From Amoebidium appalachense (Eukaryota; Protista; Ichthyosporea), in NCBI GenBank assembly GCA_963693365.1, contig CAVNZM010000001.1, positions 16,797,840 to 16,861,839 of the forward strand: 64,000 bases of DNA, written 5' to 3'. A program made the translations under genes and the position numbers. Below the pieces are notes generated by a model, which was not told the DNA's origin, did not search any database, and worked only from the letters and a program-made list of their open reading frames with translations. How positions within the stretch are numbered: the first letter of the stretch is position 1; each line of letters opens with the position of its first letter. Shown one piece after another: positions 1 through 14,358 of the stretch.

Positions 1-129
1 GGGGGGGGGGGGAGGGGGGGGGTTACATTGAATAATATCCTGTAGGGTACGTGTCTCCTTGAAAAAAGCAAGGCAGAGCTGAATATAATTAGAGCAAATA
101 CGACACAGGAGGGGTATTAGTGCACCAAC

Positions 130-655
130 CTGGCAGAGAACATCGAGGGTGACGGGGTAGAGCTGGTTGTGGATCTTGACCAGCAGGATGGTGCCGGCCG
201 TGTTGCCCTCCAGGCTCAGGCTGGGGTTGGTCAGGTGCTGGTGCTGCGAGTAGCTGAAGTAGATGGCCCGCTTTCTGCACACCACACACCATTTAAGTCC
301 CACTGTTTGGCCAGCTGTACTTGCATAATCGCCTGACGTGGGTTGTGGTGGTGGTAATGGACAACTTTTGGCTCCAAGATTATTCGTAGAGGTAAGACTA
401 TTGTGTAAAGGATGACCTGCATGCCAGTGCTGCTAATTTGGATAGAACATTTGGTTGTACAAACCACACGGTCTTCACTGAATCAGAACGTAACAGCAGG
501 GACGGTATCAACCAAAGACCAAACGAGCGAGAAGTGGGAGTGAGTAGGCATGCAAAGAACGAGCACACACAACATTGAGGGTACATGTAAGCGCTTCCTT
601 CTTAAGCAGACAACCCCCCCCCCCCCCTCCCCTCCACCGGGCAGTATATGCAATA

Positions 656-715
<60 letters not shown>

Positions 716-2281
716 TGTATGCGTTAGAGGGTTGGAAATATGGAGGACACAACAAAGAGCAACAACAAAACGTCACAAAAGTGGGAAATCCAAAATCAAA
801 CAATTTGAGTGTGCAGGCAGAAGACACTTGAACAGGGGGGGGGAGATGCCAGAAATGCAGAGTATAAAGACCCCTTGTGTGTGTGTGTGTGTTTTGGGGG
901 GGGGGGGGGGGGGGGGGGGGGAGGGGGAGATTGCCAAACCTAATCATTGGAGGTGTGGCGGTATAAACATTGAGCATGTTTGTGGCTGCCTCAGCCGACT
1001 CAAGCTCAATGAACGCCTGGAAAAACAATTACTTTAGCCGATAATCACACCCCACGACACGATCAAGAGAAAAAATGGAGCATTCCCTTTCTCTGTGCAA
1101 AACGACCAGCCCGTCGGACCTAAGAACTGCGACACACAACATATCCAAGCCAACAGAGCTAATATGGGGGCAAGAGGTCATGTGTTTCAACACAAGTGCC
1201 TGTCTTTTTCCTTCGAGTAGCAGGATGTGATCTTGGGCGTGCCCCCACCCCACACAAACCCAGCCATGATGCCCATAAAGCATCCTGAAAAACCTCCATG
1301 CTTTTTAACGTATAGCAAAGGGCATACTCCAACCCACACAATGCCCCCCAACGCCCCAAAGTGCTATGATAACACACCTGAGTCTTGCCCTTGAGCATGA
1401 GCACATTCACGACCCGACCAAACGGCTGGCCCAGCTGCAACAGCTCCATCTCAGTGCAGTCCGCAGGAACATTGCGGCAGTGCAGTACAGCAGAGGGTCC
1501 CTCAACACGCGCCCTCTTGGCACCTTCAGGGTAGCACCCATATTCTTCAGGATCACAAACCAGAAGGGACAGCTTATGCAAAGATAGCTACAAGCAGTTG
1601 AGCAGAATCTTGCGGAATTGTTTCCTTTCCCACTCTCTTCCCTCCTTTCGCCTACTTGGGCACATCAGGTTTAGATAGCTATTTCTTGCAAGAGGTCTCA
1701 GTGTGAAATCAATTGAAATCTAACTGTTGCTGGCCAATTCTCAGACGATTTTCTATTTCCCATATTGCTCAGTGGCCCGTGTTTGTTGCATCACGTGTAA
1801 CAAGAGCCAAGCAAAAAGCTGTGAGATGTGTTGTCTTTGAACACAGACCACACCTACTCCAAAAAAAGCTACCCATCTCAACAGCAAAGTCGACGTATGT
1901 TATATGGTATATGCAGGCAGGTGGGTTTGTGGCAAGTAAGTGGGTATGTTCGTGTTTTTGTACCAAGATCTACACTGAACTAGGCAGAGATAGTTGGATA
2001 GCCATGCACAAAGGTGCATCCACAGAGATCGCTGGACGTATATGAAAAAGCCTTCCTGAAAGTACCCCCTGTGCTTGAATTTACCCTCTTCCTTAGGGAA
2101 TCCGATAAAGCACACTGTATCTACACACGTGCAAGTGCATGGCAAAAAAGCATGCCACCCACCAACCCAACTACGCAACCAACCCCACACAGACCATATA
2201 CCCCAGACCTATTGGGTTCCACAAACCTTGGCCATTCTGTGCCTCATCGTTGCCCCTCTTCTGACCAGCAGCGTCAGCCAT
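130..2281 (-). CDS. PTBP: Polypyrimidine tract-binding protein (PTB/hnRNP I family) RRM protein, 5' part; gene continues beyond the left window edge
   Basis: Exons (minus): 2281-2227, 1544 (or 1523)-1378, 1016-940, 274-130; GT-AG, phases consistent. Translation [13 protein letters not shown]...[51 protein letters not shown]...[16 protein letters not shown]...[20 protein letters not shown] matches PTB RRM1 and the start of RRM2 (YPVTLDVL). Confidence 0.88.
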
Positions 2282-3116
2282 TTTTGCTGTTCGTTTTCCA
2301 AGATGCCGTTAACACATGGCCAGGGACGGGGCAAGTACATGCACAACGGATAAACGTACTCCATAAACTGCTTTATTCTCTTACACCTATGCTTGCATGC
2401 TTAGACATTTCCCGCCGCTCCGCCACAGGCACGCATGCTTACACTTTACAGCTCACGTATTTGTGCGGGTCACGCTTACGCTTATTGCAGTGGACACAAG
2501 ACAAAACACAGGAGCACACTGGCAATCCAGAAACACACCACTTCGTCTGCTCTTTTACGTTTGCTCTTGCGAGTATACGGCCCTTTATTTTATTTGTTGT
2601 CCCCATTCTTCGTTTTCTCACTTTTGAGAAGAAACAAGCGAAATTTGGAAAGAGAAAGTGAAAATGAAAATAGAGGGCGAGTGCTCGAATAAGGGAAAAG
2701 GGGAGGAAAGGGAAAGGAACCTTTTGGAGCTCAGAAAACCGGAGGAGCGGCAGGTGCAGGAGAAGGAAACGAGGAAAAGGCGAAGAAGGGCAGGCGAGAG
2801 AAAAAAAGCCTTGAATGTCTTTCTTGCTCGAAACTAAAACGAGCAGAAAACGAAGGGGCGAAAGTAAAAATTCACAGAGGGCAGAAAAAACTTTTGTCAA
2901 TCTTGTGTTCGTGCTACGTCACGTGGGACAGGGCTTTTTGATTGGGTTACAAGCAGGCCAACTTAGATTACGTGACTAATTAGGATTGGCGTAGAAAGTA
3001 TCGCTTACGTAAGTTAGATGGCCCAGCCTGTAAAGCACTTTCGGGTCACGGCTCACTGACCGTTCGAACAAGCACTCCCCAACCCTCTTCCATCTTTCAG
3101 ACTCCACCGACTGGCC
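2282..3116. promoter_or_regulatory. Divergent intergenic region (PTB 5' leader plus bidirectional promoter PTB/MCRS1)
   Basis: Head-to-head starts at 2281(-) and 3117(+). No simple repeats. ATTGG (CCAAT) at 2941 and 2985; ACGT-core motifs (cgtcacgtg ~2917, ttacgtga ~2968, ttacgtaa ~3005). Confidence 0.55.
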
Positions 3117-3249
3117 ATGGGTTTGAAAAAGAAGAGAACTGTTAGCCGGAGCGAGCTTTAGCGGCTAGGTTATGCTCGGTGTATGTAGTGTGCTCCCTTT
3201 GTGGTGGTAACTGAACTAAAGGATTTTGTAGCTATCCCTGTTGCATAGT

Positions 3250-3284
<35 letters not shown>

Positions 3285-4937
3285 CCGCCCTTTTTTTTTT
3301 TTTTTTTTTTTTTTTGACGGGGGTCAAAAAAGCGAAGGCCGGATCAGTTATAAAGTGTAAGACTGCCACCGACACAATTTCAGGGAGAGAAAGGAGGACG
3401 GGCTGAGCTACGTCAATCAAAAAGAATGCCGTCCCACAAGGTAAACTGGGAGCAGGTTATGTTACAGCAGATTCTTAGAGCATGAAAGGGATCACAAATA
3501 TGTTTCTTTTTTGGAGTGCTAAGAAACCGGCCAAAGGAAGACGACCAGGAGGGAACGTAAAGTACGGTCCCTCCCCCCCCCCCGCCCTCCCTCCCCCCGT
3601 CCCCCTCCTTCCCACCATCCCTTTGCCAACTCCCCCTCTGAGTTCTATTTTCGTTGTTATGGACGACATAGGTAAGCGACTGCTGCTCACGGTGTGCTTT
3701 TTGCTCCACAGGCAAAGAGGCTGCGAAAGGACTCGACTGTTGAAGAGGAGAGTGAGGACGAGTCGGCTGGTGGTAAGTCTCATTTCATCGTTTCCCCGTT
3801 TATTTTCTCCTTCTTATATTTGTTTTACTTATTTTTTTATACTTTTTTTGGAGGGGAAGGGGGGGGGGGGGGGGGGGGGGGAAGGGGGAGGGGATGGAAG
3901 GAAGGGGAGGGCATTGCCTGTGCTGCTTATAATTCAAGGTTGCTGTGCCTTTGCCATGCCCCAAATTTGGGGACTACGTAAAAGAGTGTGTTTGTGTGTG
4001 TGTGGTTTGTGTATTTCGTTGTCAGTTCAATGTACTTGCGCCTGAGTTGGTGTGCCCACATGTACATGCATTCATGCACAATCGTAAAACGTGTGCGAGC
4101 ACTCTAGTGTCATTGCGTAATCGTACCTAGGTGGTTATCCTTGCACACATGTTCGTCCTGGCGAGCAAAACACATCCGAAATAATACTCACGTTATGGTG
4201 GGGGGTAGACTTCATCCGCTGGCGCCACGTTGATGACATGGCGCTGATAAACGGCATGCAGCAAGTGGGCAACATCGTCCAGGTGTATCGGGCAACCAAG
4301 TTCTCACGGCCATACACGCTTAAGGAGTTGAGGGAGAGGTGGCAAGCCCTGCTGTATGATAAGACTGCCTCGAGGTGGGTGCCTGTGCTGTATTGAGCCT
4401 TTCTGGTGTTGGCTGTGGTGTGTGCAAATGATCGATTGTGGGTTTAGACATGATTCTGGTGTTGGCTGTGGCGTGTGCAAATGATCGATTGTGGGTTTAG
4501 ACATGAATCCTAAAAGTATGTGGAATCAACCAACTGCTTGACACCATCATTCACCCCCCCCCCCCCCCCCCCCGTTTTCATATCCTCTTGATATTTGTTC
4601 ACCAGTAAACTCCAGCTCATCTGATCTATTTCTGACCTTACCTGTTCGACTCTTTCCAGGCGGTCACTGCACCAGCTAGCCAAGTTCGACCAGGATGCAC
4701 TACTTCCCATCACCGACCTGCATGCACCCTTGTGGAGTCCTCAAGAGGAGGACGTGCTAAGAACTGTGTGTCCCCCCCCCCCCCCCCCCCCCCCCCCCGG
4801 CCCTGCCCCGTCCGCGTGTTTGCCTGCCTGCCTGGCTGCCCGTAAACATCACACTTTATGCACCTTGTGATTCCCCTTTGGATCTCTTTTTTTATAACAA
4901 CCGCCTTTCGCACACCGTGTTTGTTTTCCTCCCCTTT

Positions 4938-4984
<47 letters not shown>

Positions 4985-6878
4985 CCCCGGCGACTCCCTT
5001 GCGCCCTATAAAAACACACACTGCCCACACCAACCTCCCGACCTACTCAGCTACCCCACCTCGTGACCCGCGCGTCCACTACCATTACTACCCTATTGCA
5101 ACCCGTGCACAAATCAACCCTTCAAAAACGGTGGCCTGTTCATTCACTTCCTCAACCTTTGAAACCTGCCCCCCCCCACCCCCCACCCCCCCACCCCCTT
5201 CCCCCCTTCCCCTCTCCCCCTCCCCCCCTCCCCCCCCCCCACCTCACCCCACCCCCACCCCCACCCCCACCCCCCTGGGTAGGGGGGGGGGGGGGGGGGA
5301 CAGCGCTTCTCAGGTTGCTCTATTGCACTCTACAAGATAAGCGCCTTCGCACAAAATTCGTTTCCTAGGCACACACACGTGTACACACCCCCACAACAGA
5401 CACACACGTGCACACACCCTCACACAACAGGCGCACACGTACACACACGCCCACACAACAGGTACACACACTGGCATACACCCCCACACAAGACCCACAC
5501 ACGTGCATACACCCCCACACTACTAATACACACACACACACGTACACCACAGGCTTGTGCACGAGCATGCACGCAACCACTTACGGAAGCACGTGTACTT
5601 TTATCCCCCCCCCCCCCCCCCCCCCCCCCCCCTTCCCCCCCGGCCCAGTGTTTGTCCGTCATAACGTGCACTTCGTGCTCTAAACACGTCCTCACCTCCC
5701 CTCCCCCCCCCCCCCCCTCCTCCCCCCCTACCACCACCCCCTCCCTCCTCACCACCACCACCACCACCACCACCACCATTACAGCACCACCACATAGTGC
5801 ACGGATACGTACTCAACACACACGCTCACACACACACACACACATACATGCTTACACGTCCCCCCTTCTCCCCCTTCACATCCGCACAGGTTCCCGAAAA
5901 ACCCACACCCGGGTTGGAGGTATTTGAGAGTCTGCTTGAAGAGTACAAGGCCACACTGCACCCCAGCCGCACGGCAAAGAAGTTGCAGGCCCACTGGAGA
6001 CTACTGGCCCACTACGGCCTACTCAATAGAAGTAAGACCACAAATAGCACAGGAATCTATTAATAGCATGGCAGCAAGTGTATGGACGCATATATTGTTA
6101 ATGGAGCGTACGGATAGTATAAATACCACACATTGCCAACTTAATCATTCGGAAGGCACTAGTATGTCAATATGGATGCTTTTTCGGGTTGCTCAAATCT
6201 AGTACATGTCTGCCTGGTTGAAAGATCATGACATTTTCTGATGATCCTGTTAGCACCGCGTGCTCTGTTGGGAGCCGCATTTCGCACTTACACGTGTTCT
6301 GTGTGGGTCGCAGGGGGTGGAAAGAAGCGCAAGCGAACGGACGGGGAAGAGGATGTGAGAGAGGCAGAGAGCTTCACAGACACAGAGGTGGCCCTGTGGC
6401 AGAGGCCCCTCCCTGAGGCAATGTGCGTGTGCTGGTGGCGTGGTTTCTGTGCAATGGATGGATTTGCTGGACGTGTGCTGTGGGGACAGGGGAAAGGGGG
6501 GGGGGGGGGGGGGGGGGGGGGGATATCGATGTTGTACAGCTGTGCAACGTTTCATGGGTGGTCATATGGACCAGTGTGAGAAAGCAGCATAGCAGGGTTG
6601 GGGAATAGAGAAGGTGGATTTGTGTGGGCTGGAGATCAGTGTGTATGTTCGTGCATTCGTGCATGCATGCGTGTGTGCGTGTGTGCGTGTGTGCATGCAT
6701 TCTGTTTCAGCTTTTGTGATGTGTATGCATGGCAGGATGGAGTCTTTTGTCTTTCCCCCTTCCTTTTTTATGTCCGGCGCGGAGTGTTGGTGGCGGTCGT
6801 GATTGTGGTGGTGGTGCTATTGTACGTGTGTGGGCTATTTCCTTGATTCCTGTTGTTATTGGTCGTGAGTGCATATAG

Positions 6879-6944
<66 letters not shown>

Positions 6945-7333
6945 GGGGGGGCTGTTTGCAGCTGCGCCTGTGGGTGTGCGTGTGCGTGTGCGTGCGTGCG
7001 TGTTTGTGTTTCTGTTCGTGCACCCTGGCTGATGGGACTCGGATTGTTATGCCTGACATGGTTCCGTTGATACCTTCAGGGCCGAGTTCAAAGACACGAG
7101 TGAAGCAAAGCAAATGTACCGAATGGGTGAGTGACCCCCCCACCCCCCCCTCCCCCCCCCCCCCTTCCCTCCCCTCCCTCCTCATATAAATTGAACCCCA
7201 ATGAAAGCCCCCCTTTTTTGTCTGTTGCCTTGAACCACAACTATTCTGACCGACTATCTGCATGAGTATGGCCTGGACGGTCTTCACTTGTCCCGTCTAT
7301 GCACTGATTATGAATACTGCCTGCAGCACTTCG

Positions 7334-7372
<39 letters not shown>

Positions 7373-8365
7373 GGGGCACCTCTCGGCCGGACGGCAACTC
7401 TTACCCTCGTTCTCCCTCCTTTGCTGATCCCACCCTCATCTCCACCTTTTCTCTAGGGATTTTCTTGATTCTCGTGCACACTGACGGATCCGCTAACACA
7501 CATATCCTTCTTCCCCGCTCCCCCTCCCCCGGGTCATAATGATCCCTCACGTGGGCATATGCGAGCACACACGTGCAGATGCACGTACACGCACACACAC
7601 ACACACACGAACACACACACGTACACACACACACGGTCACATACACATTCACACATACATACGTGTCCACGTACACAGAGCTCCTTGGGTGTGACCGTCT
7701 AGACAAGCGCAAGATGCGCAAACTAGAGGAGGAGGTAGCAGCCTGGGCCTGGCCACAGGGCACCCCCATCGTGCCTGGGGCAGGGACGCTTGCCTTCGAC
7801 ATGCACACACTGGCCGTTTTGAGGGGCGTTAAGATGCGCTACCTCATGCGTGCACAGGAGGTAACCAATCCCTTCCCCCCCCCCCCCCCCCCCCCCCCCC
7901 CTCTCACACACACGGGGGGAGGTTTGTTCTACTTATCGTGCATGCTCTTTTGTGTGCTTTGAAGTTTTGCGTTGAATGTTTACTTCATCTGTAGCACATC
8001 TTACCAACAAAGAAACAACCCCCCACACACACACGCACGCACACGCACACAAAAAAAAAAAAAAAAAAAACAGCTGTTTTTTTTAGTTAGATCCAAAGCA
8101 TTCAGATGTGCTCCCTGTAGGCAACCTTTTACATGGCAAGTGGGCCCCAGGGCTGAGTGATAGGGCTAGAACCTTTTTCTGCATGTGTTGGATATGGCCT
8201 TCTCTGTTTGTGCCGTGCACGTGCTTACATCTACTTGCAAGGCAGTAGCTGACCAAAGGGCCATGCAGGTTGTGCTTGGCAGGGCCGGGGCCGATGTGGA
8301 CCTGTCTGAAGAGGGTCCCGTGCATAAGGTCTCAAGGAGGCAGGTAGGTGTTGCCCATCCCTCCC

Positions 8366-8429
<64 letters not shown>

Positions 8430-8802
8430 GGGGGGGGGGGGGGGGGAAGGGGGTAAAAGAAAGAAAAGGCATGACGCATTTGCTCCCACAAACACATCTC
8501 GTGCACATTTGCCTGTTCCATCCTTGACAAGGCCATCACCTCTGCTATGTCAAAACATTAGCCACGAGAAGCACCCGTCCGCGCAGAGAGGGGGGGGGGG
8601 GGGGGGGGGGTCGTGTGGAATGATTCTCACACACACACACGGCTTCCACAGGGCATACTCAAGCTCAAGAGCAACTGTGAGTTCTATCTCAAAAACATTG
8701 GCAAGAGGCCCATCTATGTAAACGGCAAGCCACTTGTGAACGGAGAGAGGGTGCAGCTGAACAACTACGCTATTATCGAGGTTCGTGCCAACCCCCCCCC
8801 CC

Positions 8803-8888
<86 letters not shown>

Positions 8889-9180
8889 TACATTTAATTG
8901 TTTGTAAGTGCACATGCTTACTCAAAAGTTGTGTGGATTTTGTGTAGCCTCTCAAAGGCGGTTGGCAGCTCTCCATTCCTTTCAGGGGTGCCCAAAGATG
9001 CGCATCTACACGTGCGCCCACACACGGGCTCGCATACAATCACACACCCAAGCACACGCGCACAGGCACCCCTCTTCAATTAAAAGATATCTTATAAGAA
9101 AGTGATTACAAGTTATATGAAGGTTTTTGAAAGATAGACTACACCTCAGTATAGTGGCTGGTCTGACGTTATTCCCCCTT

Positions 9181-9220
<40 letters not shown>

Positions 9221-9397
9221 GGGACACACACACACACACATACACACAAACAGGCCCCCCTGAGGCCGGTGTCTGCTCATCATGCATGCTGTATGTGTGC
9301 TTTGCAATCTCCATTGTGTTTTTCGCTGTGAATGTGTACTTCGTTCCATGTAGCACATTCTAACCCCCCCCCCCCCCCCCCCCCCCCCCATCACAAA

Positions 9398-9440
<43 letters not shown>

Positions 9441-9636
9441 GCACGTGCCCTTCCCGCCGCCCTCCACCTCCTTCCCTCTCTCCCTCCCTCCCTCCTTCCC
9501 TCCCTCTCCCCCAACACACACACATACACACACACACACACAAACACACGCGCGCGCGTCCACACAGATCTGCGAACTGCGGCTCATGTTCTGTGTCAAC
9601 CATGCGTTGCTGAGGAAGCTACGAGCAGCAATGTGA
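3117..9636 (+). CDS. MCRS1: Microspherule protein 1 (MCRS_N plus C-terminal FHA domain; INO80/NSL complex subunit)
   Basis: Exons: 3117-3140, 3384-3440, 3712-3772, 4209-4374, 4660-4765, 5890-6031, 6314-6422, 7080-7126, 7679-7860, 8269-8343, 8652-8780, 9568-9636; phases consistent. Motifs RWRHVDDMALINGMQQ...KFSRPYTLKELRERWQALLYD, HPSRTAKKLQAHW, TLAVLRGVKMRYLMRAQEVVLGR..DVDLSEEGPVHKVSRRQGILKL..FYLKNIGKRPIYVNG. First two exons least certain. Confidence 0.92.
4401..4506. repeat. 53-bp direct tandem duplication in an MCRS1 intron
   Basis: ttctggtgttggctgtgg(t/c)gtgtgcaaatgatcgattgtgggtttagacatga at 4401-4453 and 4454-4506, one mismatch. Confidence 0.9.
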
Positions 9637-10153
9637 CCTGTCAAGCCACCCAACAACTGGTAAGCCGATGGCACATGTGCCCACGGCCTTTTTTTTGCTA
9701 CTTACCACCGCCTGTGATGGTTTGAACACTGTTGGCAGCTATATGTACATATATATAAATTGGTTGCTGGAATGGTGCTCTGCATGTTGCTGAGGTTGAG
9801 CAGTACTTGAGAAGCAACAGCCTGTTTGATACCTTTTATTGAATGTTACTAGGCGCCCTCCCCCCCTTCACCACTTTTCGTGCGCCCACTTCACCAGCAT
9901 CAACGCAAGTGGTTGGTGCAGCTTGTGATAGCACACTGGCCTGGCTGATTTTGAGACTATGAGATAGGAATGAATGGCTAATGATTGAATGACCGGACTT
10001 GAGGTCCCAGGTATACGAACAAGAAGAATAAACCGTTTATTTTTCACGTGCAAAGAAGGTGGGTGCAAATACGTGGCTGGTGGGCAGGGGCCTTCTGCAC
10101 AATGCATCCTATGGGCCGAGTTTACGAGCTCTAGCCCCCCCCCCCCCCCCCTC

Positions 10154-10186
<33 letters not shown>

Positions 10187-10327
10187 ACACATACACCGTC
10201 GGCACACACAAATACACACTCACTCAGTGACACTCACTCACCACCGGTACCCGTGACTACGTACCCACCCACCCCTGGGCCATCTTCCCTGAGCCCTTCG
10301 ATCTAGATAACCTGCTGCAGGTCCTCC

Positions 10328-10361
<34 letters not shown>

Positions 10362-11609
10362 CGGCCTCCGGCCCCCGGCCCGGACTCGGAAACAGGGCCA
10401 CCCGGCCGGTCCCGGCCCACATTACAACACACAGACAAATGTACACATGCATCATGTGTAAAACCGTTGAAACGTCCACTTGCACACTGCACACACAGGT
10501 ATACAAACACGATCAGTTTGAGTGCAAGACGTTCGCTACTAAGCAACTTGCCAGAACCATACGTGACACGTACTGGCACTGTATACCGACGTGCAGCCTC
10601 GGGCAGATGATCCCGACACCCGGTCACTGACCCACCAAGAGGCTACCCCGAACCACCACCGGTGAACACACCACCATTAGATCTTACGTGCTTGCAGCTA
10701 TTTGGACCCACGGGAAAAGTCCAGTGCTCAGTAGCCAACTCAGAATGAACCACCTTTTGTATATTGATATGTAGCTATAGCACGAGTATATCAACCCTAG
10801 TGCGGAAGTCTTGATCCTTGCAGCAGGATGAGCTGATCAAAGGTTTATAATAATTGGTTAAAAAGCATATGTGGTTTCCTTACAAGTACGCATGATAAGG
10901 TGATCCTACTAGTACTGGCTAATTTTCCTCATTTACCATAACCCCGCATTTACTTATTTCATACAAACAAACTGCGTATGGGGCTTGATGCGCGTGACTA
11001 TATTACAGCCTTCATAACCATATGTGCAAGGTAGTACGTGATGTACACTAGACTTCATAAGCTAACCTCCAAGCCCAAGCATATGTTTCAACTCGGAATA
11101 AGAAAGTAACGAGGAAAATAAAGAAAGGAGGAGAAAGTGAGTGATGTCAGTGGGGGAAAGAAGGGAAGGGAAAAAGTCTATGAAGAGCTAGGCACCTGAA
11201 TCAAAAAAACAACCAAAAGCGAGTACTGCCATAGGCATATCACCTTACATTAAAACCGGACCACCAAGAAAAAAGGATTAAAAACAGACTCGACATTGTA
11301 TGCCAGTGTGCAGGTGTATGAACATGCACACAGTCAGATCGCAGTTGCCATGAGGCCACAAATCACATCCCTGTCTAGGCTACCAAATGTGAATTCCATT
11401 AAGCCAAAAAATGGTCATGCCAAATCCTTGAGTCATGTAAAAAAAAAAACCCCTATCAGACTGCAGCAAAGATCCTTGATCTATTTAACAGCTCATGCCT
11501 AAACTTGATTATCATTATAAACTAATTACTCCCCCCACCCCCCACCCCCACCCCCTCCCCGCCCCCGCTCCTCCCGCGCCCGGATACAAACATTCATAAC
11601 CACCTGCGG

Positions 11610-11991
11610 CTACAAGAGTCGTTTTGTTTCCATTCGTTGGCGCTTTCTGCTCCGAGCCGGGTGCCCGCCCCAGACAATCACCCGTGCCGTGTGGTCCAAA
11701 CACCCCACAATCAGCCGCTGGCCCTTCACACACACCGCCGTGGCTACAACCTGCCCTGATCCTGCACCAATGGAAGGGATCCGTTGACCAGTCATCCAAT
11801 CCCATACGTCGATTCCTCCGCCGTTGGCAAATAGGACACTTTGGGCCGTGCATGCAAACTGGGTGCAAACAGTGAGACTCGCACCGTTACCACACATGAC
11901 CGTGTGTAGGGGTTGGCCCGTGGGCATATTCCATACGATGAATGTGTTGGTCTGGTCCCGGCTGACTACACGTCCACCCGTGACTGTGACA

Positions 11992-12057
<66 letters not shown>

Positions 12058-12060
12058 TGT

Positions 12061-12127
<67 letters not shown>

Positions 12128-13404
12128 TGTGTGTGTGTGTGTGTGTTTGCGGGTGTGCGCGCGGACATAAAGCGAAATGTTGATGGTGGTTGAGGTGTTT
12201 GCACGAGTATGTGTGGCTTGGGTTGGTGGTGGTGGGTCTTCTAAATGGAGAAAGGGAGGAAGAGGAGAGAAGAAGACGGGGGGGAGGGGGTGGGGTTAGA
12301 TGTGTTCAAAGTACAAAACACACTCATAACGAGCAACACAATGCAGACTGCAAACCACACATAAAGAGCATGCGTAACAAGCAGAGCCCATCCTCATTGG
12401 GGACCCCCGGGGGGGGGGGGGGGGGGGGGGGGGATCAGCTATGGGAACACGGACGGGGCCAACAAGTCCAACAAATGGCCCTAATTGCCTCCTCCTCGTA
12501 AAAAAAAGCAGGGAGTACTTTGGACGCAACGGGTGCATAAGGATGTGCTGCACAGTACCACGTCCTGAAGTTCGTACTCGCAGTAGACGCATACTTGCTT
12601 GCAGAGGAAGGCACGGGAGGCAAAACGGGGACAATGAGAGACTCATCCACATGGGAGGGTGCCGAGGGGGAAAGGGAGAACGGGTGGGGGTGGCGGGGGG
12701 GAGGGGGAGAGGGGGGGGGAGGGAGGGGGCGGAGTGGGGAGGGGGAGAGGGAGGGAGCATTCACGACGGACAACATACTGCAGAATCTGCAAAGTACCCG
12801 GTGGGGCGGGGTTGGGGGTTTGGGGGTTTTTTTTTGGGGGGGGGGGGGGGCTACTTTGGGCCAGAGAGCAGGAGAGCTGTATACCAATTACTACGGGCAA
12901 GAGTAACAGACCAGCCACCGAGACACTGCTATACTATTTTTCACTGGGCCACCCACCTGACCTCTGCCGTGTGGCCAGCCAGCCGCCTCACACACTGGCC
13001 CGTGGGCAGGTCCCACACCTTGAGCTCGCTGCCCGATGCCCCAATCAGGCAGCTGCCATAAAAGGCAAGACCCACACTGACGTTGACGTCTTCCAGCAGG
13101 TACATGCCCCAGCCGGTCTGCACGTCCCACACCCTGTGCCGCGTGGCGGAGGTCAAAATGGGGGGAAATCTGCAGAGCAAAGCAGAGTAACGGAGCAAAT
13201 GAAAGAGTCCTAACACCTGCAGAGCCAAAGTAGGGCAACAGCACATCTGAAAGAAACGAGGACTTGCCCTTCGGCCACAGTGATATCTATGCAAGAGGAA
13301 ATACATCACCTTCCTGGTTTTGTGTTGGCTCTACATAGAAATCCTAAGCCACGGAGTCCCCCCTCCCCCCCCCCCCCCCCCCCGGGCGCAACCCCTCCCC
13401 CCCC

Positions 13405-13435
<31 letters not shown>

Positions 13436-13908
13436 GAAAAAACCACATAAAAACATACACACGATCGACATAAAAAAGGCTAGACACTGGACGACGTGAA
13501 ACAAAAAACACCCCCTGCATGCACCCTTGCTTGCACGTCCATACACAAGGACCACATACAGACACACAGCACGCACACGGACACACACACGGAAATGGAC
13601 ACACACCCGGACATCTGGACACCCACACAAGCATGTGCGTCCACGCCCCCATGCACACACACGAATGCACACACACAGACACACATCACCCACACACAGA
13701 CACATTTCCTGCACGCACACGCACGAACACACACACACACAACCACATACACCTACAAATAAACCACACCAGAAATCTACCTAAGAATAGACAAACACAC
13801 CAGCATAATTTGCAAACCTGAAAACACCCCCCCTTCCCCCCCCCCTTCCCCCCCCCTTCCCCCCTCCCCCTCCCCCCCCCCCCCCCCCAAAAAAAAAAAA
13901 CTGCGCGC

Positions 13909-13941
<33 letters not shown>

Positions 13942-14313
13942 CACACGCACGCACACACACACACCTCACAGTGCGGTCCCACGAGCACGTTGCTGCCGTT
14001 GCCGAGGCCAAGGCCACAGCCGAGACCACGTCTCTGTGGCCGCTCAGGGTGTGCACATGTGCCCCGGTGGATAGCCGCCACACACGGGCAGTGGTGTCCC
14101 ATGACCCACTGTGGGCAAAGTGAACATCAGTTGAGGTGCGCCAGTGACATTGCAGGCATGTTTGGGCTGGAAGGACTAGACGGGCCGGCCTTGAACTCAC
14201 GAGCATACAACACAAGGCACACATAAAAAAATAACAGAAAGGTGAGAAAAACGTGGGTAACGCTCGGAGGAGAAAACACCAGGAGAACTGCCAGGGCCAG
14301 AAACACCTTGGCC

Positions 14314-14358
<45 letters not shown>

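Noticed and set aside
2014-2900. 215-aa (+) and 153-aa (-) ORFs near the PTB start
   Set aside because: Non-ATG starts, no recognisable domain; they overlap PTB exon 1 antisense or its pyrimidine-rich leader.
9868-10700. Possible small gene between the MCRS1 and BTB-WD40 3' ends
   Set aside because: No frame gave a recognisable or splice-consistent protein.
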